Origin: Octopus sinensis
Taxonomy: Eukaryota
Reading direction: 5' to 3'
Assembly (NCBI RefSeq): GCF_006345805.1
Contig: NC_043014.1
Span: forward strand, 26,164,001 to 26,228,000
Length of the DNA: 64,000 nt
Shown: positions 11,797 through 22,899 of the stretch, piece by piece
Layout: every line of letters starts with the position of its first letter
How positions within the stretch are numbered: the stretch's first letter is position 1
Notes under the pieces: generated by a model
Databases searched by the model: none
The model's input: only the letters and a program-made list of their open reading frames with translations
What the model was told of the DNA's origin: nothing
Position numbers and translations under genes: made by a program

Positions 11797-14450
11797 TCAC
11801 GAATGCTTTTTAGCAATTGCCATTTGGTGCATACGAGAGTTCGATGCAGCTGCCCTCATCTGCACCTCCTGCCGTGAAGTTGGTTCACCTGGGACACCTG
11901 ACAGGAAGAGATCCAGTTTTAATTTAAATACATCTGCATCCACCCCATGCAGGTCTCTTAGGTTTTTTGGGAGGATATTGAAGAGTTGTGGGCCTCGGAA
12001 GCCCAGGCTATCACAGTATCTTGTCCTACATCTTGATGGCAAATTTGGAGTCCTTGGCACTATGCAGTGGCGCCCAGTTCTGACATTGGTGTAACTCTCG
12101 ATGCCAAAGTTTGGGACAAGTCCTTCTAGGATCTTCCAGATGTATATTATGGCATATCTTTCTCGCCTACGCTCTAAGGAATAGAGTCTTAATCTCTTGA
12201 GTCTTTCCCAATAGCTTATATGCAGCACAGAGGCTATCTTCTTCGTGTAGCTTCGTTGGATCGCCTCAAGTTCTGTGATTAACTTGACATTCTTTTCAGC
12301 CCACTTGTATATTTTGTCCAGCTCACATTGCAGGTGCTTAGTGTCTTCAGGGTTCTGTATTGCCTGTGAAACTTTTGTATCATCTGCATAACTTGTGATC
12401 GTGGCTCTTTGCGTGGCTGAGGGCATGTCGGAGAGGGCCATTATGAACAGTAGTGGTCCCAAAACAGTGCCTTGCGGAACACCGCTCACTATTTGCGTGT
12501 TAATGGAAGTGGCCCCATTGGCTACTACCACATGATTTCTATCCTTCAGAAGGTCATGAAGCCATTCTCCCAATTTTCCAACTATGCCAAGATCACGCAG
12601 TTTGTGACATATCATTCCATGATCGACTTTATCAAAGGCTTTTGCAAAGTCGAGATATATCACTTCCACATTTGAGTGGTTGAGCAGTTGTTTCAGCACC
12701 AGGTCATAGTGTTGTAGTAGCTGAGTTAAGCAGCTTCTTCCTGGTCGGAAACCATGTTGGGTATCAGGCAGCAAGTCACTTTCTTCAAGGAAGGTGATTA
12801 GTTTCCTTCTGACTATTCGTTCCATGACCTTGCTGATGTGTGAGGTCAGAGAGATAGGTCTGTAGTTCTTGGCCTCCGCTCTGCTACCTCCTTTATGAAT
12901 AGGGCATATTTTACCTTCCTTCAGTTTTCTTGGAAGTTTGCCAGTTGTAAGGAATCTCTGAAAGAGGAACTGCATTGGTCTTGCTAGGACTCTCTTACAT
13001 ACTTTTAGAAGGATTGCTGGGAATCCATCGGGGCCAGTAGCTGAGTTTGTTTTCATTTCATCAATAGCCTTTATTACATCGTCTTCCTTTATATTGATGT
13101 AATCAATCATAGCTGCCTCTGATTTTATATCTGCAGTGGTAAAGAAGTCAGTTGGATTGCTGACTTGAAAATGCCCTAGGGGTGGAGTGAAAATACTCTT
13201 GAATTGCTCATTTAATATTTCACTTACCCTCGTTGGATTTCCTGTGAGTGTGCCGTCCTTTTCAATGAGTGGCCCTATCCTACAGTGCACTGTATCTTTT
13301 TCTTTGGCATACCTGTAGAAAGCTCTGGGGTTAGATTTTATGTTGTCTATAGCCCAGGCTTCTTTGTATGCTCTTTCTTTTCATGGGAGAGTTGCAGACA
13401 TTTTTCAATTTCCAACAGTTTTATTTTCAGGCGGGACTTTTCACTGCTTTCAATTTGTTTGTTTAGGCGATTTGAAACTTTTTTACGCCGTCTCATTAAA
13501 ACTTTCCTCTCTCTGGGGATTTTGCTCTTGTGTACAGTGGCCTTTCTCTCTGGGACACATTTGTAGCATATGGCTTGCATCACAGACTTGAATTGTTGAA
13601 GTTTCATGTCGATGTCTGGCGAGGAGAGACATTCAGGCCAGTTTTGTTTGAGGATCTCTTTCTCAATTTGTTTCCAGTTTGCCTTATGGAAGTTCAAGCT
13701 GGAAATATTCTGAGAGTTTCTTGTAGGCTGCATGTCCATGCTTTCCTTTGGCCCGTACATGGTCAGCTCTACCATGTTGTGATCCTAGAGTAGTGTCGGT
13801 GTCAGTTTCACATTATGGATGAGATCCATATTATTTGTGAAGCAGAGATCCAGTATGTTACATGCCCTGGTTGGTTGGAGTATTACTTGCTCCATGTACA
13901 GAGTGTTGATGAGGTTCAGGAGGGACCTCACCTGTCCTCGCTCGCATCGTGTCATTCCTGGGAGAGAAAGGCCCTCGAGCCATCTGACATTGGGTAGATT
14001 GAAGTCTCCCATAAGAAGTACACTTATGTGTTGTTCTAATGTGACTAGAACTTCTTCTATTTTTATAAGGCAGTCTTCAAACTTGCCTACATGGCTTGGG
14101 GGCATCTGGAGGGCGATATGTAGCACACACAACTACATCAAGTAGTTATATATGTACAATTAGTGTGTCACACACCGAGTTTGAGTATGACAAAAGGACC
14201 TGGGGTGTGAGGTCCTCACGGATGTACATAGCAACTCCTCCATGACTCTTTTCTTTTCTGTCGGTCCGTAGTGCAACATACTGTGGTATGTGTATTTCCG
14301 CATCTGCTATGTCCGGTTTCAGGTGTGTTTCCGTAAGTGCTATGCATAAGGCTTGATTGCATGCAACAAAGTCTCTCAAGAACGGGATTTTTGTCCTGTT
14401 ACTAAGTGTTAGCAGTCCTCTGATGTTCAGTAGGAGCATCGAGGTGATGT
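11797..14450 (-). pseudogene. LINE ORF2 (APE + reverse transcriptase), broken into four frames
   Basis: ORFs 14146-14655, 13785-14132, 13347-13775 and 11797-13290 are consecutive pieces of one APE-RT protein. Confidence 0.9.
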
Positions 14451-14482
14451 GTATGCTGTTGCCGGCGGTGTCCACCTTGGGT

Positions 14483-15261
14483 CTATTTGCTGTGGCGGTC
14501 TTGTGTATTGTGGATAGTCCCATCTGCGAGTTTGAGTTTGATGGAGCCAGGGCAGCTGCTGAACAAGAATCTTTTTTGTGCCATGCACAAAAAAGATTCT
14601 TGTTCAGCAGCTGCCCTTTCAATAACATGTTGGCGGTTTGTAGCACGCACCACATCTGCGTACCTCCGTTTTGGGGCAGGTGGTGCGTGGTCCATTCCTT
14701 TTCCTTTTGGTAGTTGGTTTATGACCTATGTCATGTTTATGTGGCAGGTTCTTTGATGTGCAAAACGGCAGCCTGCACCTTCCTCTCCATGCCAGCAGAC
14801 ACCGTTCAGGTAGAATTTACACATTCGTGTGCACTGTCTGTTTTTATCCTTTTTGGATAGTCAGGTTTGCTTCTATCCTTGGCTGTTTCATCTTTTGGTT
14901 TTGTTTGAGTTTTAGCTTTTCCTTCTTTGGCTGTTTCATCTTTTGTTTTTCTTTTAGTTTTTCCTCCGTTTATTTCTTTTTTGGCTCTTTCATCTCCATG
15001 GTTTAGACTTTTGGTGTTGGTAGGAGTACTTACACTTGGGTTTACTTCCCGGGCAGGTTTCTCACTTGAATCTTCTTTGTTGTTGTCCTGGGTGTCTACC
15101 AAGTGGGGGTGACATCTTTCATCAGCACTCGCGCCTCCATCCTTGCCATCTTTACTTTGTTCGTTGTCAAAGATGGCATCAAGCGTGCCAATGTAAGATC
15201 TTATGAGTGCATAGGAGCGTATAAACTCCTGCTTCATTCGCTCTATCTGTGCTATCGTCAT
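14483..15261 (-). pseudogene. LINE ORF1 remnant
   Basis: Lys-rich ORF 14806-15261; a frameshifted CKFYLNGVCWHGEEGAGCRFAH finger at ~14755-14825; RYADVVR segment at ~14650. Confidence 0.7.
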
Positions 15262-16217
15262 TTTATATCCACTGCTCTTCAGCGCATCTGTAATTATGTT
15301 GTTCGGATTATCTCCGTCGGCGCATCGCAGGCTCTCAGAAACAACGCCAATTCGTTACTTCTCCAGGTTCTGAACATTTTGGATATTTTATTTATTTATT
15401 TATCTAATTATATTTAAAATTCAATAGTGCGATAGATGGTAGAGAAGAAATAGAGAAAGAAAGTGTCTATGTATTTAGAGAGATTGAGAGCTGAGAGAAG
15501 ATAAGAAGAGAGTAAGAGAAGAAAGTATATATATATATATACAGTGAGAGAGAGAGAAAGATGGATAGATAACACTCGGCGTTTTGAGAGAGTATTCTCC
15601 ACCGAGACAAATCGCAGCCTACCGGCAAATACACGTGAGGTATATTCTAAGCACATGTGGTTGGCTGCCACCGGAAGGTTCAATATTGTCGTTAAAGGCG
15701 TGAAATTGCGTTTCAAACTCGGTGACTTTCTCCGTCTGTTTTCCTTTTAGTTGTTCATTTATGTTTTAACTTTATTTGGGACGCTAAGTACCCTTTGATT
15801 TCTTTAGATTAAGTGACTGGATATATTCGTACGACTTCTCTTGTTCTCTCTCTCTTTCTCCTTCCTCTCTGCTCTCCGTGTGTCTCACTCTGCCTTCTAC
15901 CACTTTCTCCCACTTGCTACTAGCACGTAGCCCGTGTTCCTCGTGTTTACTTTTTCTCTTTCTCCTCCCTTTTCGCGTTGACCGTTGAAACAACCGGTCG
16001 TATTTCCTGTGGTTTCCCTCTTCAGCCTGTTTCGCTGTCTGTTGTGCTTCTGTTTCTAATCCTTTAAGGTTTTCTTCTGAGTGTTATCCACACTTTCGTC
16101 TCAGCCCGGCGCTAAGGCTATAATGTTTATTGTATAGCTAAGGCTATATTGTTTATTTATTTTGTACTTGTCCTTCGGCCGTCCAATAACGAATTATGTT
16201 TATTCATGTTTGCATAG

Positions 16218-16605
16218 TCTTTTACTCTTTTACTTGTTTCAGTCATTTGACTGCGGCCATGCTGGAGCACCGCCTTTAGTCGAGCAAATCGACCCCAGGA
16301 CTTATTCTTTGTAAGCCCAGTACTTATTCTATCGGTCTCTTTTGCCGAACCGCTAAGTGACGGGGACGTAAACACACCAGTATCGGTTGTCAAGCAATGC
16401 TAGGGGGACAGACACAGACACACAAACATATACACACACACACATATATATATATACGTATATACGACAGGCTTCTTCCAGTTTCCGTCTACCAAATCCA
16501 CTCACGGGGCATCGGTCGGCCCGGAGCTATAGCAGAAGACACTTGCTCAAGATGTCACGCAGTGGGACTGAACCCGGAACCATGTGGTTGGTTAGCAAGC
16601 TACTT
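16218..16605 (-). mobile_element. SINE copy A, 3' portion (head split by Tx1 element 1)
   Basis: Starts at AAGTAGCTTGCTAACCAACCACATGG; the missing first ~22 nt of the head are found at 22269-22290. Confidence 0.9.
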
Positions 16606-16805
16606 TATTTCATAAAAGATTCGCCATTAAGGCGTTACATAGAGGGGACATACAAATGCAGACAAACATATAGGGTGTAGTAGCTTAAAACGTTTTGATT
16701 AGAATAACATATATATAATATTTACAATATAAAGTTTTTTAAATGTTGTATTATACAGCAGGGCACGGATCCCTGCCATCCGGGTACTTCTTGATCCGGC
16801 CACAC

Positions 16806-19800
16806 TTACCTGGTGCCAGATATACTAAGCTTGCACGCTACAGACTTCCATCTTTTCGCAAACATATCTCGTGACAGATACCTCTTCTCCAGCCTGATCT
16901 TACTACCGTGGTGGTAATTGAAAAAGTTAACCAACCCCTGGCCGGATACAAAGGTACCTGTCACTATACCTTTCGTACGCGTCTTCCATACTGTTTCTTT
17001 CAGTATGGTTATTACGCAGGAAAAAGAAGCCTTCCTTTCCCTGCTGAGGAAAGGAGGTGGCACAATCTCAATGATAGATTCCGCTGATAGCTGTACTCTT
17101 CCATTCACTGGCAACAGTTGTTCGGCGAAAGCAATCAGTCCCGATAACTCCGGACACTCCACGAATGCGTGCAAGACGGTTTCCCTATCCCGCTCACATC
17201 GCAGACATGTCGGCGAGACGGCACTTCCGTGCCTTGACAGCTTGTCGCGAACAGGTAACGCCGCACGGAAACACTGCCAGGCCAGGGATTTCTGGTAATT
17301 ATCCAGGTACCCCGGCCCGAACGTTCTCCGGAACAGGTTGGTCAACTGATTTTCATCGTAGCCCAGGGTCTCCCCCAAGGCGTCTTCGGACTTAACCTCC
17401 ACTAACCCGCTATAGAAATCCGCGGTGGAACTCCTGTTGCCGGCATTGCCCGCCCGAGAGAGTAGCTGAAGTGCCTGACGGCACTCCAATTGCCAGTCCC
17501 CCAGCCTAGGTCTCTGCTTGATCCAATTACCAATGTCCGTTAAGGACGTTAATCGCGGAAAGTAGAACCGAACGTGCGGTGACCACACCTGTTCTCCATC
17601 CAAGTAAAGCCAGAGGTGCCTCAACCTTAACGCGACCTTTCGCATCTTCAGCCAAGCCCACCCTTTAGCGGTTTCTGGCAGCAGACAGAGCGATTTACAA
17701 GTGGCTTCCCTCCTTTCCACAAAAAGTGGAAAAGGATTCTCTCCAACTTGTTCAGCCACAAATCGGGGCAAGGCACCACGGTCAGGGGTAGGTGACTACT
17801 GATGCCATGAACATCTGCACCACCTCCGCCCTCCCTAGCAGGGATAACGCCCGTCCAGACCAGGTCTGGGTTAGAGCGGTCACCTTGCCGGCCACCTCAC
17901 TCCAATTTTTCTCTATCTGGAGGTCTGGCCCGAACCAGACTCCGAGCAGCTTAACAGGACCTTCCGTCCAACGCCCCACGACGTTATTGGACGGCATCGG
18001 CTTGCCCCTCCAGGTGCCGAGTTGCAAACCGACCGACTTGTCCTTGTTCACCTTTGCTCCTGCTACCGCTTCGTAGCTTTTGATGGCCTCTTCCACCACT
18101 GGAAGCTGGTCCTCATCTGCCACGATGATGGAGATGTCATCCGCGTACGCCGTAGCTCCTCTTCCACACCATAGATCATGCGGTGCGCCCCCTATTGCCT
18201 CCAACTTCCGTAGCAAAGGCTCAAGAGCCAACACATATTGAAGCGGGGACAGGGGACACCCCTGACGGACTGAACGCTCGATCCTGAACGGCTTCAAAAG
18301 GGAGCCGTTCACCTTGACCACAGACTCGATGTCGCTATACAAAGCAGCGATCCAACCTCGAAAGGTCGGGCCCAGGCCAGCCTCCCCGAGGACCGCCGCC
18401 AAGTACCGATGGTCGACCCTATCAAATGCCTTAGACTGGTCTAAATGTACCAGTGCCCCCCCCTGCGCCAGAAAGCTACCCGACCCTGTCTAAGGAGTAG
18501 CGTATAAGATGGAGATTGTCGTGTATCGTCCTGCCCGGGATAGCGCATGTTTGCGCTTCTCCGACAAGTTTATCCACGACCCGCGCCAACCTTTTCGCCA
18601 GCACCTTGGCCAAAATCTTTAACTCTGTGTTTAGCAGAGTTATGGGCCTGAAGTTGCCTATCTCGTCCCCCTTGCTCGGGTCCTTCCTGATCAACGTTAC
18701 CACACCCCGGCTCGCAGACTTGGGAATTTTCCATTCCTGCTGCCAGTTGGCGAAGACGCTAGCCAGCAGGTGCCCGAACAAGTCTGGCATACTTTTGAAA
18801 AACTCATAGGGCAGACCATCGAGACCCGGCAACTTCTCCCCAGGGCACTCGCCCAACGCCTCGATTACTTCCTCGGCTGTGATTGGCCCCTCACAGCACT
18901 CAGCCTCTCGTGCCGAGAGACGCGGGCCACCAGAAAGGAAGCCCCTAAAGGCCTCACCATGATCCAGCGTCCCGCACCTCCCGAACAACTCGGCGAAGTG
19001 CTTGTAAAGTGCCTCACACATCTCGTCCCGTTCCTTCACCGTGCATCCGTTTCCGTCAACAAGAGACCTAATTGTGGCATTGTTGCCACGCTGGGTTTCT
19101 ATCGTACGGGCCCATCCGGCAACATTAATTCCCTCGCGGTCCAATGCTCGTACTTTAGCCCGAACTCTACACCCCTAATGTTTGGTTTTGAGGTGACGGT
19201 CTAAAGCCGTTCTCGTCGCCAAAATGTGAGATGCAGAGCCCAACCTCAACGCCTCCTCTAACTTCTTAGCTAATTGCCCTTCTACTCTAGCCTTATCTAG
19301 TCTTAGTTGCTTACTAAACCTAATTGACTCGAATCGAATGGCTCTTTTCAGGGCGAACCACCACCGGTTATTAACCACGGCTCCGGTTAACGCCCTCTGC
19401 ACTAACTCCTTAATCCAACTGCGGTATGCCTCACAAGTCAAAATAGACTGGTTCAGCTTCCAGTAGCCGTTTCCTATCTTTAGTGTGCTACCTATGTCCA
19501 GTCTACACTTGACCATTCTATGGTCCGTATAGGGCACCTGGACGAGCTGTGGACAACTAAAACTAGACTTATCTCTAGTTCTTATCACTACCCTGTCTAG
19601 ATAAGACTTGAACCTTCCGTCGCCACTCATCCAGGTCCAATCTGGGACGTTCGGATGGTCAAGTCTGTAACGATCTGCCAGCTGAAATCGCTTAAGCAGG
19701 TCCACGAGACGTGAGTTCACTTTCCTATGGATCGAGCCAACACTATCGATGTGTACGTCAACGATAGCATTAAAGTCTCCTAATACTACTAAAGTCTTCG

Positions 19801-20196
19801 ACGTCACGAGAAAGTTCTCTAGGCGCCGATAAAAATCAGTTTGGAAGCCTCTAGCACAAGGTGCATAGAGTCCGATCAACCTGAAGGCCTTACTGCTGTA
19901 TGTCACATCAAGGACGACCAGCCCACCTTCGGGGTCCACATAGACTGTACTTGTCTGCAGAGCCAAGCTTTTACGGATCAGTACCACTACGCCCCTCGTT
20001 CTCCGGTCTGACCGGGAGATATGATTTTCTCGTAGCCATTCAGGAGAGGCGAGAAGGTTTGTAGACTGTCCAGCTTGGTCTCTGTAGCAACCATCACGTG
20101 CATATCATGTGATCTGAGATCGTCGAGGAAACACGCCTGCTTCCACTTCGAACTCAGACCACGCACATTCAAACAACCAAGGTTAAGAGACGCCAT
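16806..20196 (-). pseudogene. Tx1 ORF2 (APE, RT, C-terminal CCHC), frameshifted and partly deleted
   Basis: MASLNLGCLNVRGL, LGDFNA, YLDRVV, TDHRMV, GYWKLN, NFRPITLLN, RQGCPLSPL, YADD, CLRCERDRETVLHAFVEC. Confidence 0.92.
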
Positions 20197-20439
20197 TACA
20201 AAGAGTAAAGGTTCTACTTACATTTCTTTGGAGATGTGGGGGCTGACCTCACCACACGTGGATCCGTCCCCTTCTTCTCCTCTCTCTTCGCGTAACCCGG
20301 TAAATCCAAAATCTTCCATATGGCCTTCTGGTTTCTGTCCTTTAGTTCCCGGTATAGGGATTCTTCTACCCTTGCACATCTGTTCTTCAAATCATGGTGT
20401 TGGATGTACAGCATAGTCTTTTTGTGTTTTACAATGGCG

Positions 20440-21687
20440 TCATTTGTATACGTGTCTGTCGTATCGTATTCCACCAACATAGCATTTTTGTTTTCTTCCG
20501 GGACAGATGGGCAGGGTTTCTTTTTTGGTGTCTGTGGTGCGTTTTTTTCTGTTTTGTGTGGGGGATATGGGTGGGGAAGGTTTACGGGAACGTTTCTTTC
20601 CCACTAGTGTGAATCCACCCTCTGAAACCTCCATGGTGTTATGTGAGGGGTTGGTGGCAGTTTCTTTCGGCGCAGTGTTTTCCGTTGGTGCCGAGTCTTC
20701 CAAGAGGGCTGGGTCATTTTGTTTATGTAGGGACTTGTGCGTGCCGGGGCTGGGTTTTTCTGTGCTTTGTTTGGGGACCAGCACCTCGACAACGGGGGTG
20801 GGAGTTTTTGAGTTTGTGGGGGTTTGTGTGTTTGCGGGCCTGGTGTTTGCAACAACTTTTTTTTCTTCACAGTCAGCTCGAATGTGGCCCTTTTTTCCGC
20901 ATTGGTAACAGGTGGGCTTACGGCCTTCCACCTGTTCCCTAAGGGCCACATTCTCTCCAACAAGTACTCTCTCTGGTAGGGCCTGAATGTCCTCCTGTTT
21001 GCCTTGTATTAAAACCGTTATGTTCCGCCCTAACCACATCTGTGGGGCGGAACTTGTGGTCTGTAATATGTTAATCCGGTCCGTCCTGTTAAACAACAGG
21101 CCGGCCACCACTTCTTCCGGGTCTACTGTGGGTGGGATTTCGTTAATCCTTAGACGGGATGTTCGTCGCCCCCTGTACGTTGGCAAAAGTACCACTTCCT
21201 TGGTTTTCAGGGGACACACGGCGTGCCCGCGAGCTACCTTTTCCTCTGAGAATTGAACCTCAACGGATCCGTATGCCCGTCCCCTCGAGATATACACTAT
21301 ATCCCTCCATATCGGGGCCAGGCATTTTTCAATGGTTTCCTTCCCGAAGTGCTTAAACCTTTTGTCTTGTGGGCAGAAGGTTTTAAACACCACGGTCCTC
21401 TTTTCCGTTTCTAGCACGGTGGAGGAAGGCGATATCACAACATCACCTCCCTCCTCCTTCATTCTTTTAAAATATCCATGCAGCCTGTCTGCAGAGATAT
21501 CTATGTTTTCGGTTGCTACTTCTGCAACTGCCGAAAATTTTTTGGCGCAATTGCCAACATCAACATTGCTCTCTTCAAGAGCAAATTTTTCATGTGTTAT
21601 TTCCACCGACATGGTTGAAAAGTAATTGGTTTCCCACAAAACTGGGAGACCTTTCAAAAAAAGAAATTTTCCTCTCACAGAGGACAA
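20440..21687 (-). CDS. Tx1 ORF1 (RNA-binding, zinc knuckle); stop at 20440 may be premature
   Basis: 415-aa ORF with CYQCGKKGHIRADC knuckle and basic/low-complexity C-terminus, immediately upstream of ORF2. Confidence 0.85.
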   Translation of the reverse strand: MSSVRGKFLFLKGLPVLWETNYFSTMSVEITHEKFALEESNVDVGNCAKKFSAVAEVATENIDISADRLHGYFKRMKEEGGDVVISPSSTVLETEKRTVVFKTFCPQDKRFKHFGKETIEKCLAPIWRDIVYISRGRAYGSVEVQFSEEKVARGHAVCPLKTKEVVLLPTYRGRRTSRLRINEIPPTVDPEEVVAGLLFNRTDRINILQTTSSAPQMWLGRNITVLIQGKQEDIQALPERVLVGENVALREQVEGRKPTCYQCGKKGHIRADCEEKKVVANTRPANTQTPTNSKTPTPVVEVLVPKQSTEKPSPGTHKSLHKQNDPALLEDSAPTENTAPKETATNPSHNTMEVSEGGFTLVGKKRSRKPSPPISPTQNRKKRTTDTKKETLPICPGRKQKCYVGGIRYDRHVYK

Positions 21688-22251
21688 AAGTAATTAATTT
21701 TTTAAATGCTCGCAGTCCTAGGTTCAAATCCCACCCCCGCTGGGGGGTGAGATGTAGCAACAAAGTCTACGACGATTTGAAATTATTTTTCGCCACAACG
21801 AAATCCCCAAAAAGGGAAACCTATATTTTTTCCAAAACACGACGACAACAGTTCAAATCTCGCCCGTGCTACTGGCGTATGTCACAATAGAGCATACAAT
21901 GGCTAAAATTTAATTTTTCCACAACAACAATTTGCTATCCCAAAAACGGGAAGCCTATAATATTTTTTTTCCCCTCTTAATAAGGATAACAGTTCAAATG
22001 CCACCCCCGCCGGGGGTGGGGCACGGCAATAAAGCCTACAACGGCTTTAACAAGTTCAACAATATTAATAAATTCAATATTAATTACTTCAGTCTTACAA
22101 CAATTACTTTTTCCCGTCACCGGGAAGAAAGCACAAAAATTCACAGAGTTCACAAAAATATTCAACGACAAACGTTCAACAGCAGAAAAATTATCCACGT
22201 GCGATAACACGTGTGACTCACCGCCAAAAAAGCACGTCCGACTTCGACGAA

Positions 22252-22290
22252 GGTTAAGCAAGCTACTTACCACACTACCACTCCTGCGCA
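22252..22290 (-). repeat. SINE copy A, 5' head remnant plus upstream TSD
   Basis: TGCGCAGGAGTGGTAGTGTGGT-AAGTAGCTTGCTTAACC. Confidence 0.85.
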
Positions 22291-22516
22291 TGATCATTTT
22301 TTAGTTGCATGTCTATCCATTTGTTGTTTGTTCATCCTTGTTATGTTTCGGGCCTATTACCCAATATCTTCTTTTGTTGCTGGTACCACCTCAAGAAAAC
22401 AATATTATCGTTAAAGGGGCGAAACTGCGCTTGACCTCCGGCCGATAACTGATGTGAACGATGAGAATTTAGTGACTTTTGTGCCTGTTTTCCGTTTAGT
22501 CTTGCACTTATTATAT

Positions 22517-22899
22517 TCTTTTATTCTTTTGTTTCAGTCATTTGACTGTGGCCATGCTGGAGCACCGCCTTTAGACGAACAAATCGACCTCAGGATTTAT
22601 TCTTTGTAAGCCTAGTATTTATTCTATCGGTCTCTTTTCTCGAACTGCTAGCTTACGGGGACGTAAACACAACAACATCTGTTGTCAAGCGATGGTGGGG
22701 GAACAAACACAGACACACAAACATAACCACACACACACACACATACGGCCATACACATACAACGGCTTCTTTCAGTGTCCGTCTACCAAATCCACTCACA
22801 AGGTTTTGATCTGCCGGAGACTATAGTAGGAGACGTTTACCCAAGGTGCCACGTAGAGGGGTTGAACCTGGAACCATATGGTTAGTAAGCAAGCTACTT
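22517..22899 (-). mobile_element. SINE copy B, 3' portion (head split by Tx1 element 2)
   Basis: Starts at AAGTAGCTTGCTTAC (22885-22899), then B box, core and tail. Confidence 0.88.

Larger units (their letters stand above)
11715..15390 (-). mobile_element. Near full-length CR1/L2-group LINE (ORF1 with CCCH finger; APE+RT ORF2), frameshifted with internal deletion
   Basis: APE motifs LLNIRGL, ALTETHL, GDFNLP, LDLCF; RT motifs NYRPISLTS, QHGFRPGRS, YLDFAKAFDKVDH, GVPQGTVLGPLLF, YADDTK; 3' tail at 11721-11770. Confidence 0.95.
16606..22251 (-). mobile_element. Tx1/L1-clade non-LTR retrotransposon 1, near full length, flanked by 16-17 bp TSD
   Basis: ORF1 with zinc knuckle, then ORF2 APE-RT-CCHC; TSD AAGTAGCTTGCT(T)AACC at 22252-22268 and 16590-16605. 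Confidence 0.95.
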
